From positions 22,400-86,399 of the IMG/VR virus record IMGVR_UViG_3300045918_000157: 64,000 nucleotides of DNA; one strand, given 5' to 3'. Position 1 is the stretch's first letter; each line of letters opens with the position of its first letter. Under the pieces are notes generated by a model, which worked only from the letters and a program-made list of their open reading frames with translations, was not told the origin of the DNA and did no database searches. The translations under genes were made by a program, and so were the position numbers. Below, one piece after another: positions 46,540 to 56,681 of this stretch. Origin of the DNA: a virus.

Positions 46540-46568
46540 GAAAAGGCTCCCTTGTGGGGAGCCTTTTC
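46540..46568. terminator. Bidirectional rho-independent terminator
   Basis: GAAAAGGCTCCC-TTGTG-GGGAGCCTTTTC. Confidence 0.75.
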
Positions 46569-46605
46569 ATGTAAGGGCTTGTTAGCCCTCAATAGAAGAC
46601 GTTGC

Positions 46606-46971
46606 TTAGACGTTTTCCAATTCACCTTGCACTTCTTCCCGTACATTTTCGCCGAAGGCTTCTGACGTAGCGGCCACTGGTGCAGCGGCAGGCGTAGCTG
46701 GCTTGGCATCTTCGAGCTTCCACACGCCGATAACATCCTTGCCGTCAACCTTGGTCACACGGACCGTGAACTTGCTGGTGTCGCCGGAACGCTTGCGATA
46801 AGCGGTCAGAGCGGAGCTAACGCGGCTGTGTGCTTTCTTTGGGTCCACAACCGACGTGTCAACGAGGGCAGGGCCGCCGACAGTCAAGCTGCCGAAGTCG
46901 TACTGGCTACCCTTTTCGCTGAAGCGGGTCAGGGCAGGGATGGCGAGTTGCATGATTTTGAGAGTAGACAT
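46606..46971 (-). CDS. Highly expressed small DNA-binding-like protein (DUF7303-like)
   Basis: QYDFGSLTVG...KFTVR...IGVWKL; strong GC3 bias; own upstream TATACT and downstream terminator. Confidence 0.55.
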   Translation of the reverse strand: MSTLKIMQLAIPALTRFSEKGSQYDFGSLTVGGPALVDTSVVDPKKAHSRVSSALTAYRKRSGDTSKFTVRVTKVDGKDVIGVWKLEDAKPATPAAAPVAATSEAFGENVREEVQGELENV

Positions 46972-47099
46972 GGTAAAAAATTCCTTGGTGGTTGTTGGTT
47001 GCTGACAGCCTTGAGTATACGCTGTTAATTGAATTCGGGTTTAGCGGCGACGAGATTAGCGCCATTAATTTGTAACAAAACGTGTTTTTGTGTTGGATA

Positions 47100-48217
47100 T
47101 TACTTCATTGATGGTCCTTTTTTAACCGTGATCTTCCTGTAGACCCACTTTCGGTGATCTTCAGCCAATTTCCGTGCTACTGCCGATGCAATATGGATAT
47201 TGAGCGTTAGCATTCTCCGATGTTGCGGTGTAGGCTCTGCGCTTGCAAGCGCTTCTATCCGGTCTGCTAACTGCCGAAGCCTTTTTATTGCAGCATCATA
47301 GGAGGGAGGGTGCATCATTCGTCCTTGAAAAGCTTGTGAAGTTGGCGATATACGTCCCGAGCGTCACCAATGGTCATCGTGTCTATTAGGGTCTTAAACT
47401 TTCTATTCCTAGCTGACCCGTTAGGAGTTTCGTCCTGCTTTGGTACGATGTTAGGTGTCACCTCGACTATCGCATGGTTAGCATTGCCGTTCTTTCGGAA
47501 ATAGCGTACTCCGAATACTCCTTCGGTGCGCATCGCCTCTACCTGACCACTCTTGCCAAGTCCCTCAATGATCTTGACGACTGAGCCAATGCTTGCTCCA
47601 AGCTCAGTAATCTGACTTCCAAGTGCTTTGACAATCTCCATAGCCTTTGCAGGCTCGGTTAAACTGTTGATGTGCGCTATCAGCATGGCACGCACTCTGG
47701 CGGCTCTTACAAGGTCGTGTTCTCGTACCATTTAAGCCTCCGCCTTAACTTCGCGCTTAAAGAGGATTTCGATGTCACCGTTTAAGTGCCGCTTAACCAC
47801 TGCGTGAAGTTCTCCGTTAGCAGAGTCGAAAACTTCAGCGTGCGTGGCTTCGTACTCATTTATCTGTAGCCAGTGCACGCAGCGTAGTACAGCGTTATTA
47901 ACGTGTACTGCACTATTCGTCCGCACTAATTCCTTACGCCGGTAGAACGACGTACTGATTACTCTTATCATTTTTATTTCCTTTGAGGTGGGTTGAGGCT
48001 AAAGCGGCTTTGAAGTGATCCTTGCTGGCGACCTTGCAGGAACTCTTGGAATAGATGCACACTGAACGTTGCCAATAACAACTCCCTTGTACCTTATTCC
48101 CCATTTTCTCTGACCTGTTAATGCGTAACCTTCAGCGGCAACTGCCAGCATGGAGCGGATAGTGACCCCCATATCGTCCACATCCATGACTTTATCTTCA
48201 GCGTGTAGCATGATCAT
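47100..48217 (-). CDS. Four hypothetical genes; 47315-47731 looks winged-helix-like
   Basis: ORF track; EP.KAMEIVKAL...SVVKIIEGLGKSGQV...RYF pattern. Confidence 0.5.
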
Positions 48218-48218
48218 G

Positions 48219-49613
48219 TTATGCCCCTAGAAATTCTTCAAGTGCAGTGACCTGAGCAGCAAGTCCTTTGTAGCGTGCGATAAGGGCACACAACAGGTCT
48301 ATGGAAATCTCAGGATCGCCGTCAACAAGCTCTTGAACATCAGCCCGTGTGTATTCCAAGGCTTGTACAACAAGCCCTCGTTTCACTGTGCTGATAGACT
48401 TCGGAAATGGTGACTTCGGCAACTCAGGCTTGGCTGCTGGTGCCTTCCATCTTTCAGCCTCCTGTTTAGCAAGCCTGTCTTCGTCGTCATCGTACAACTC
48501 AGAGAAACCAAACTGCTTTGGATCGAAAGCGCCGCCTGAAGCTGGAAAATAGCCTTTGCCAAAGGCCGGTTTTACGTAAGGCTTTGGGACTTCAGGCACA
48601 CGGACAGCCTTGAGGCTTTCCCATTTGATTTTCAGACATGCTGCAAGAAGCTTTTCCACGCCATAGGCGTCAACTACCTCGTTAGGCCCATGTTGAGCCT
48701 TGTAGAAGCAACCTACGTTGACGCACTCAGGTATGATGCCTGAATACACCTTGCTATCGGTAAATGACCCACCATGACTAATCACCCAAGGGTCATCAAA
48801 ATCATGCTCATTGAGCGCCTTCACAAGCTGCGCTCCAAACTCAAGTGATGCACACGGTTGGCCACCTTGCGTAAGTATGACCTCTGGTGACTCAAGATGT
48901 TGCACAGCGCGGTCAAACGCTATACAGCGGTCAAAGCCCTTAAGCCACTTTGCCTGTGTTGAAAGGATAGCTCTTGAGCCTATGCCGCCTTTCTCTTCGC
49001 CGGTGTGAAAGACGTACATACCCTTAATCTTCTTCTGCATCATCTTTAGCATGATGTATACGCCTACGCCGTCATCACCACCCAAGCACCCTGATTTTTG
49101 GTCAGAGGCCAGCAGAATATGGCCGAAAGCACTGTCAAACACAAGCTTTTGCTTGCTTCCGTCTGATTCTGCCTTGCTATGGCAGGTATCAACGTGGGAA
49201 CTAAACATCGTAGTGCTCTTCTTGCCTACTTCAACGATGATAGAGCCTTCACTTGCTATCTGCACATTCAGGCCCATCTTCTTGATTTCTGCGTGCAGCC
49301 ACAGCCGGAAGTTTGTATCTCCCGTGCTACTATGGCAACGTTTCGTCTGCAGGATGCTCAGAAGCAGAGCATCAGGCATCGGCGCTTCGGCAGCAGGGGC
49401 AGGGGCAGGGGCAGCAGGGGCAGCAGGGGCAGCAGGGGCAGCAGGGGCAGCAGGGGCAGGGGTTGGATAAGGCCAGCTGGCTGTGGCAAGTGGGGCGGCA
49501 GCAGGGGTTTCGACTACGGGTGATGCAGGTGTAGCAGGTGCAGCGGGCAGAGCTTCAAGTGCCTGCTCTGCAGCGTCAGCTACAGCGTCTTGTGTCATTG
49601 TGTGATTGTCCAT
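48219..49613 (-). CDS. M28/M20-clan zinc peptidase with Pro/Ala-rich N-terminus
   Basis: SHVDT, LGGDDGVG, GEEKGGIGS, AFDR, SFTDS, QHGPNE metal-ligand motifs. Confidence 0.82.
   Translation of the reverse strand: MDNHTMTQDAVADAAEQALEALPAAPATPASPVVETPAAAPLATASWPYPTPAPAAPAAPAAPAAPAAPAPAPAAEAPMPDALLLSILQTKRCHSSTGDTNFRLWLHAEIKKMGLNVQIASEGSIIVEVGKKSTTMFSSHVDTCHSKAESDGSKQKLVFDSAFGHILLASDQKSGCLGGDDGVGVYIMLKMMQKKIKGMYVFHTGEEKGGIGSRAILSTQAKWLKGFDRCIAFDRAVQHLESPEVILTQGGQPCASLEFGAQLVKALNEHDFDDPWVISHGGSFTDSKVYSGIIPECVNVGCFYKAQHGPNEVVDAYGVEKLLAACLKIKWESLKAVRVPEVPKPYVKPAFGKGYFPASGGAFDPKQFGFSELYDDDEDRLAKQEAERWKAPAAKPELPKSPFPKSISTVKRGLVVQALEYTRADVQELVDGDPEISIDLLCALIARYKGLAAQVTALEEFLGA
49390..49461. repeat. 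9-bp coding tandem repeat (GCAGCAGGG)n encoding PAA
   Basis: Read directly from the sequence. Confidence 0.85.
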
Positions 49614-49628
49614 GGGAATCCTTTTAAG

Positions 49629-51641
49629 TTAGTAAGTCGGGGTCAGTTGTGTCGCCATCTCGTTTATAGCGTCTTGTGCAGCTACAATCAAGTCACAGTC
49701 AGGCACCTCAATTAGTGTACTGACCGTCGTTGTATACCTCAGTGGTGCCTCTACTGCACACATTTCAGCGCACGTTACCTCTACAGCATATAAGGCTATC
49801 TGTGCTTCTTTTGTGTCTATCGTAGTACCAATCTTTCTTATGCGAGCTAGTTCGTCTGCAAAAGATAGCGTGTAATCAGGCTGAGAGGTTCTGTACCTAT
49901 CGACATTAATATATGCCCTGAATGATTTGTTGGCAATTCTGTAGTACAGACTAGAGGCCATACAAGACAGGCTACCTGTATCTGACGACTCTGTGCGCTC
50001 TATGCGCTCTTCTCGCACCTCTGCTAGCACCTCAGCAAGCCTCATGTTCCACAGCACAGACCCTTCGCCAGTTTGCATTTGCAAAATCTTTGGTATGTGG
50101 TAAGCTTTGCCAAGTACGTTGACTGTTTTCACATTTCTGTGAAAGTCGTACACACCGTCCCACATCAAGTCCAAGCCGTGCACGCTTGGGTGTACTTTCC
50201 GTCCAGATGGTGTATAGTACAGCTTGGTGTCATACCGGCAGTAGTACTCCGAAGACAGCTTGATGTCCTTTTGCTTGCCAGTCGTAACAAGCTCTAGCTT
50301 GTGAATCTTGCCTGTCTGGTCGTTAGTCATGTACTTAACATGATCCAAAAATTTAATCCTCCGTCCAGACAGCGTAGTGACGCTGGAATTAAGAGAGACA
50401 ACAGCACTGTCACCTACACCGTACCATTCAGGGTCAAGCCTCGTATAGCCGTAATGCTCAACCTGCTCCTTGTCGATGATCTTTCCTCCAACGACTCTTA
50501 CGGTGTCTTCCACTTTCATGTAACGACTGACACGGGTACCCTCAAACCTAGTCAGTGCATACACCCAAGCACCTACCGGCTCATACCTTGTAAGGTGGTC
50601 AACGCCGTCTACGCGAAGATGGTACTCACAATCAAACTTGGACTCTCTGCGCCCTGTAATGTAATCCGTAACTTCAAGCGTACTCAGTGTCACGTTTATT
50701 AGTCTTACGAAGCCTGAAGTTGAAGTGGCGCATGACGAATACATGTTGTTAAGATTTAACAACTTGTTGGCATACTCCTGTGTAATGCCAGTGATAGTGC
50801 CATCAATAAGCGCTACCATAGATGACGAGTTTGAGCCAACAGTCCCCATACCATCAAGATATGGGAATACATATCTTTCGCTCTCACCTCCCCTGTTAGC
50901 AGATATGGTCTTGAACTTCATATCATGCCACGTACCTTTGACATACCCAAGCTTTTTAAGTCTCTTTTCAAGCACCCCATCAGCCGGGTAGCATCTTATG
51001 TAAATCTTATCCGTAGCAGACTTCTCCCATACAAGACTTCGTGTGCTAATCTTGTCACCCTCACCACGTAGAATGGCTAAGCGTATGCCGGGAACATCGT
51101 AAACTGCAGCTGGATTGAATCCACCATATAGGCTGTTATCCTTCGACATACATGCACCGTTGTCACCAAAGAGCTTGTAAGTCTCTGCGATCTTGTCATG
51201 CTCGACAAATTCAACATCATTGTTGAGGTCGGCTGTGTGAAGTGAACACAAGGATTCGATAACTTCGTCACGAAATGCCGGATAGTGCTTGGTGAGAAGT
51301 CTGCCGATAGTGGTCACTACTTGCTTATCATTTTCACCCACATTTTTGTCGGGTGTGTATGCTACACGCAGTGGGTCAAGCTCACTGACGTGTGCGTAGA
51401 TTGGTAGCAGCCTGTTAAGCTGCGCAAGCGGTGGTGTTACCGTGTAAACCCCATTGGCTATGCGAAGACTTTCGCGGTGTGCCCACCAAGCTTGGCGATA
51501 GTTCTGGCCGTTAATGCTGAATGTTCCGTAGTCGTTGTCAACATACACCTCCCCAATAGCTTCGTGCTTTTTCAATATCAGTTGAAGCTGAAACTCAGTT
51601 GTGATTCTGCCTGCCAACTCTTCTACGTATGTCTGTGCCAT
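49629..51641 (-). CDS. Large conserved-looking phage protein of unknown function (670 aa)
   Basis: AYTP, TTIGRLL, ACMS, RSLVW, YIRCY, PYLDG motifs; paired with the peptidase gene. Confidence 0.65.
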   Translation of the reverse strand: MAQTYVEELAGRITTEFQLQLILKKHEAIGEVYVDNDYGTFSINGQNYRQAWWAHRESLRIANGVYTVTPPLAQLNRLLPIYAHVSELDPLRVAYTPDKNVGENDKQVVTTIGRLLTKHYPAFRDEVIESLCSLHTADLNNDVEFVEHDKIAETYKLFGDNGACMSKDNSLYGGFNPAAVYDVPGIRLAILRGEGDKISTRSLVWEKSATDKIYIRCYPADGVLEKRLKKLGYVKGTWHDMKFKTISANRGGESERYVFPYLDGMGTVGSNSSSMVALIDGTITGITQEYANKLLNLNNMYSSCATSTSGFVRLINVTLSTLEVTDYITGRRESKFDCEYHLRVDGVDHLTRYEPVGAWVYALTRFEGTRVSRYMKVEDTVRVVGGKIIDKEQVEHYGYTRLDPEWYGVGDSAVVSLNSSVTTLSGRRIKFLDHVKYMTNDQTGKIHKLELVTTGKQKDIKLSSEYYCRYDTKLYYTPSGRKVHPSVHGLDLMWDGVYDFHRNVKTVNVLGKAYHIPKILQMQTGEGSVLWNMRLAEVLAEVREERIERTESSDTGSLSCMASSLYYRIANKSFRAYINVDRYRTSQPDYTLSFADELARIRKIGTTIDTKEAQIALYAVEVTCAEMCAVEAPLRYTTTVSTLIEVPDCDLIVAAQDAINEMATQLTPTY

Positions 51642-51675
51642 TATTGGCTCCTTTTAAGTGTGTTGCGTGAAAAAC

Positions 51676-53983
51676 TTAGACCGTTTGGCTGTGCCAATCG
51701 ACGGGTGTAGGGTGAATTGCTACGTGCTTAGTGACGGTGACAGGTACGGCAAACAACCATTTTCCGCCCAAAGCCCGTACTGACTTCACCCACTCTCGCC
51801 TGTTATGCCTGTTTACTGCGTCAGGTACGTCAGGGCAATTGAAAAGCTTGCGGACTCGGGTAAGCTGCGCTATTTCCATCGTGTGTCCTTTGTGGTAGTG
51901 GTAATTGAGAGAGACTTGTAGACCTCAAGCTCCGTCTTGAGGTCTTGAACATTCTGCCACAGGCTAATAGTAGAGGCAAGTTCTTTACCAAGCGCCTCAT
52001 GAAGTTTGGCCTTGTCTGCACGCAGTTTGTCAATCTCGGCAGCGACTGCTACAAGCATTTTTACAGGCAGTAGTTGGAATGATGCGCCCATCCATTGCTC
52101 TCCGTTGCGCAGAATCTGCAAGTCTGCGCCATTGTCATGAACTATCGTGTACTTGCCGTTGTCAATATGAGTTTCTGTTCTCATGCTGGCTCCTCACTAC
52201 GAAACGCCGAAACAACAGGTTGAAAGTATTCTTCTTTGAGAGCCTGCATAGCTTCTTCCATACCAGCAAAACCCCACGCTTCTTGGCCTTCGTCATAGTC
52301 TTCAAGCCACAGCGGAGGACCACCAAGCGACTCAGATAGGTGATATACCTGTACAATACACCTGTACACTTCACCATTAGCCGACGCATTGTAGATGGCA
52401 AGAAACTGCTTGCAGTAGTGCTCTGCTCGCTCACGCCGGTAAGCTATAGGCTCTGGAACTACATGGCCTAGCTGCGACTTGGCAACATCGCTGTCAATCT
52501 GTTCACGCAGGCATTTATCAGGCATCCACACACCAGCGCCGCGTGCTGTGTCGAAACGATCCTGCATACCAGTGCCGCTAATAGACCACATAACGTTGCC
52601 GTGCTGATAGCAGTCAAGCTGTACAGCATCAATGTCAGGCACAATATCATCGCGCCTGATGCCTTCTTCGTCGCGTCCTATAGCTGCCAATCCGGCTTTG
52701 TGATCTTCCTTTGCGGCGTGTTTGTGAAAGCTGTATATATTGCCCATGCAATCACCGATAAGCTCTTCTGTAGTGGTGTCCGAATCTTGCGCAAGATAAG
52801 CGACAACCACTGTATCTCCTACTCGCTCAAAAAGTACAGAATCTCCACCGACAGGCTCGTGGTCGATGACAACTACAACGCCATTGCAGCTGATTAAGTG
52901 GGTGGTGCGCTGGCTGACGATGATTGTCATGACAGTCCTCCGTTAGCAGTTGGACACACATCTTGTGCCCATTCAAACACCTCATTCCATGACCAGCGCA
53001 GCCCAAGGTACACGATCATGGCTAGGCTTGGTTGGTCGTGCAGCGCACACACCTGCTCTGCGGCTTGCTGGATTTCCATAGCGTAGTAGCCTCCAACAAC
53101 AATTGCGCCACTCTCATTCACCCTGCCGGGAATCCACGACGCTTCGCGCACCCTCGCAGTATCAATTATCAGGCAGGCGAGCAGCTTTGCTTCCGGTGTT
53201 GCTTTTGTCATGTCATTTCACCTTGAATTGTGGCAGTGTTTCAAGAAACTCAACAAGATACTTGGCGTATTTAACCAAGTAAAGGTTGCCTTCAATGACG
53301 AAGCTCTCCTGCCGATCCGTTACGGCAAAGGCAAGGTTTCGCTTGAAGTCAGCGAAGCGCTGCGGCGTCCAATCTTGCGGATAACTGTGTTCTGGCTCAG
53401 TCCACTTAGGCTTGTCCTCAGTAACTGGCTTGAACACACCGATGCCGTAGTGTTCACCAAGCTTTTCCTTCAACTCTTTTGCACAGCTGATCCAAGCTTC
53501 AGGGTTGATCATGGACGTAGAGGGGTAGTCTTCTGGCTTTGATACAGCTACAATTTCTGCATACTTGGCTACCCCCTCCATGACCATTGCCTGCATTAAG
53601 GCTCCATGATCTGAATATTCCATTATCTGAGTTAGAAACTCTATGTTGCTTAACCGTTTTTTCATGTCAACTCCTTAAAAGTCGGGTTTGTGGGTAACTG
53701 GAATAGGCTTGCCGTTGTCGTCATACTCCAAGTGCTGCTCTAGTTTTTTCATATCAGCCATATCTGTTCTCCTTTAAAGTGTAATCGGCTTGCCTGCTGC
53801 AGCCGTCTTGTAGTGGGTGAAGCCCTGATTGCGCAGGTTTTCTTTGAGAGCTTCGGTGCGATCTGATAGCTCACTCTGGTGGCAGGTAGTGGAACACACG
53901 TGCCTGCCGTGATAGTCGGCGTTAATCCAGCTACTGTTAGTTGTGCCGTAGACATGGCCCCAAGTGATGGTGGCGGTTTTCAT
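51676..53983 (-). CDS. Run of early hypothetical genes (51676-51879, 51870-52184, 52181-52930, 52927-53211, 53213-53665, 53774-53983)
   Basis: ORF track; overlapping start/stop codons. Confidence 0.6.
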
Positions 53984-54110
53984 GCAACCTTACCTTCACC
54001 TTTGTCACAAAAGGCACAGCGCTGCTTCCACAGCACTACCTTTACTCCGCCACACTCACGGCAAACGTGGTCAAACTTGTGTATCAGGCGGCTAATCCAG
54101 TATGGGAGTT

Positions 54111-54476
54111 TCATGGTGTAACCTCTGTTAAAAGCTTGTAGTAGCAAGGCGTAAGGCTTGTGTCAATCGTTGGCACAACTTTGAACTCATGCTTTTCGCA
54201 GAAACCTACAGAGTCTTCGCTAAGACAATTCTCGATGTAGATAGCTTCGATTCCAGCTGCAAGTGCTGCAACCTGTGCCTCTGCAAGCCATGCTGTAAGC
54301 ACACCGCTCCTACGCTTCGGCTCTTTAACCGCCACACTTGCTATGTCAAGGCAGATAACACGACGCTTGTTGATAAGCCGTACAGACCTCCTTACGTAAA
54401 TATTGAGGCTTGCACTGGCTATCCACTCATTTCGCTTATTGCTCTCAATAAACTGCACAATCTTTGAGGTTTTCAT
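54111..54476 (-). CDS. GNAT-family acetyltransferase
   Basis: LDIASVAV.EPKRRSGV (motif A), IYIEN...GFCEKHEF (motif B). Confidence 0.68.
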   Translation of the reverse strand: MKTSKIVQFIESNKRNEWIASASLNIYVRRSVRLINKRRVICLDIASVAVKEPKRRSGVLTAWLAEAQVAALAAGIEAIYIENCLSEDSVGFCEKHEFKVVPTIDTSLTPCYYKLLTEVTP

Positions 54477-54480
54477 GGTG

Positions 54481-55821
54481 CTACCAGCTGTTAGGGTAGT
54501 CATCAGGGCCGTCATCAGGCAGATGATTGAACGTGTTAACAGCGCTGGTGTACTTGCTGTAAAAGCTGGTAGCCTCTGGATAGATAGCCTGTGCCTCTTC
54601 AACAGTGTCAAATCTGTCGATGAAGCATTTCATTGTCTGCCCTGCGAGGACAGAATTATCAGGGTATGTTCTGAACCCTAGCACATCTGCAGACTGATCG
54701 CTGTTCATGCGAAGTTGATAGAACCTGTAGGGTGTGGTATCGCGTTCTGCTTTAGCCATCATTAGGCTCCTTTAAAGTTTGTGGTACAAGGCTGTCAAGG
54801 TAGTCCAACAGCGCTGCCTTTGCCTTCTCTACACCTAGCTTAGTGCCTTCTACTGTCTCATTAGGTCCATGACCCTCTATGACAGCATAAGCTCTTACCC
54901 GGCGTCTTGCAAAGAGATTAGCCAAGCGCATGATTTCAAGTGCTTGCTCTTTAGTCATGTTGACCCCTAAACAATGTGGATGACTGAAGCGCCGCCGCTG
55001 GTCAGCGTGTTAAGCACGATGTTCCGAATACCCTCCGGCGAATGGCCCTTTTGCACCGGCACACGGAAGCAGTAGCTGTCTACCTCATCGTAGTTGTCAA
55101 CTTCCGGCTTGACGCTGGTAACAGCTATGAACTGCCTGTCTCCCTCGTCCTCAATGAATACGTACAGTTTGTTAGCCATTGTTAGGCCTCCTTTGGAGTT
55201 GTTGGTGTCCACTCCCGAAATGGGTATGCGAACAGTTGGTAGTGATCTTGATAGCGGTGTTCAGCGTCAACGCTGTGCCATACTTTTCCGTTGTACAAGG
55301 CCACAGCAGCCATGCCTTCTCCTGCCATGCAACCGCCTACTCCGTGATACTTCCGTATCATGTCAAGCTTTTCGTCAAGCCACTCTGGCATGTGCTTGAA
55401 CCTGAGGACACTTTCAGTGTAGTCGTACCTATCACCAATATCGTCATAGTAAAAGCACACCGTCGCCGTAACAAGGTCGTCAGGCTTGAGTAGCGACAGG
55501 TCGCTCTTACTGTCTTGCAGAAGCTCACCCACAAAAACCATCTCTACACTATCTGCAACAGGCTCTGGCGCAGGCACACCGAAGAGGTGAACTACGTTAG
55601 TCATTGCCTGACTCCTTTGGTGGCAGGTGATAAAGCTGCCCATCAACGAACTCTGCGTTAACAGGCTCATCCGATGGCACAGAGCGGCACTCGGTGCATT
55701 GTGTCCAACGCATGAACAAGTCCCATGCGTAATCGTCCGATTGCTTTTCAGTAGCGAAGACAAGCTGGTTGCCTACGAAGTCGGCTTCGTCTTTAACCCG
55801 CATCTCTGGTTTGAATGACAT
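54481..55821 (-). CDS. Run of small hypothetical genes (54481-54762, 54752-54958, 54967-55179, 55182-55604, 55597-55821)
   Basis: ORF track; AAAGGAG RBSs. Confidence 0.55.
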
Positions 55822-55912
55822 GATAACTCCTTTTAAGTGTGTTGTTACGTGGTGCCTGCCACCTGTTGTGCAAGTGGCAGGCGTCATGTAGTGGCCTAGC
55901 GGCCACAATCGC

Positions 55913-56599
55913 TTAGCCTTTGGCTTGCGCGATCATCCGATCTTCTTCAGCCTTGGTGCGCGCCGTCCCAAGCCTGACACGCTTGCCGCCCCGCGAAATC
56001 CGAACGTCCTTCGGATAGGTAGCAGCGGCCTTCGGAGCCTTGGGAGGCTTCACAGTACCTTTGATCGGTTTGGCGGCCTTGGCGAGGGCATCCTTGGCCT
56101 TGGCTTTGACTTTGGCAGGAGGTTTGGCCTTGAAAGTTGGAGCCGCTTCGACTTCAGGAGTCTCTTCGGTAAGCAGGTCGTCAGTTGCAGCTTCTTCCGC
56201 ATCTTCATCGTCTGCATACTCGTCGTCTGCATCCTCTGGAGCGTCTTCGTTGTCTGCATCCTCTGGAGCATCTGGAGCCTCTGGAGCATCTGGAGCCTCT
56301 TCAGTCTCCTTCGGCAAGTCCACTGCCGTCGATACCATCACTGGCAATTCAAGGACAGGCTCAGGTTGACCATCGTTAAATGGCACCCCGCTGTGCTTGT
56401 TCCGAACCACGCAGTACAGCGGGTTGTCTGGTGCCTCCACCGCAATGCGCAACTTGGTCCTGCTACCGATGGTGGGGAACATGCGATGAACCTCTGCCAT
56501 CAAGCGCTTCTTGACAGCTTTGCGCTCGTAGCTGCTGGTAATGCTGCGTGCCTTGTAGAACCGTTCGGCCAATTCGACCGGGATTTTGATTTGAGCCAT
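55913..56599 (-). CDS. Highly expressed protein with acidic repeat core and Lys/Ala/Pro-rich basic tail
   Basis: (PEA/PDA/EDAD)n block, then KAKPPAKVKAKAK; GC3-rich codons. Confidence 0.65.
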   Translation of the reverse strand: MAQIKIPVELAERFYKARSITSSYERKAVKKRLMAEVHRMFPTIGSRTKLRIAVEAPDNPLYCVVRNKHSGVPFNDGQPEPVLELPVMVSTAVDLPKETEEAPDAPEAPDAPEDADNEDAPEDADDEYADDEDAEEAATDDLLTEETPEVEAAPTFKAKPPAKVKAKAKDALAKAAKPIKGTVKPPKAPKAAATYPKDVRISRGGKRVRLGTARTKAEEDRMIAQAKG

Positions 56600-56681
56600 A
56601 TAACCTTTGAGGTTGTGTCTATCTTACTGTTAGTCGAAAAAGAGCAGGCGTCATCAAACGCTAAGCGTCTGCACCATAGGG

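Noticed and set aside
49390-49461. Tandem repeat as a regulatory or contingency locus
   Set aside because: In-frame 9-bp units encode a Pro/Ala linker; the Gln-Gly ORF on the opposite strand is its shadow
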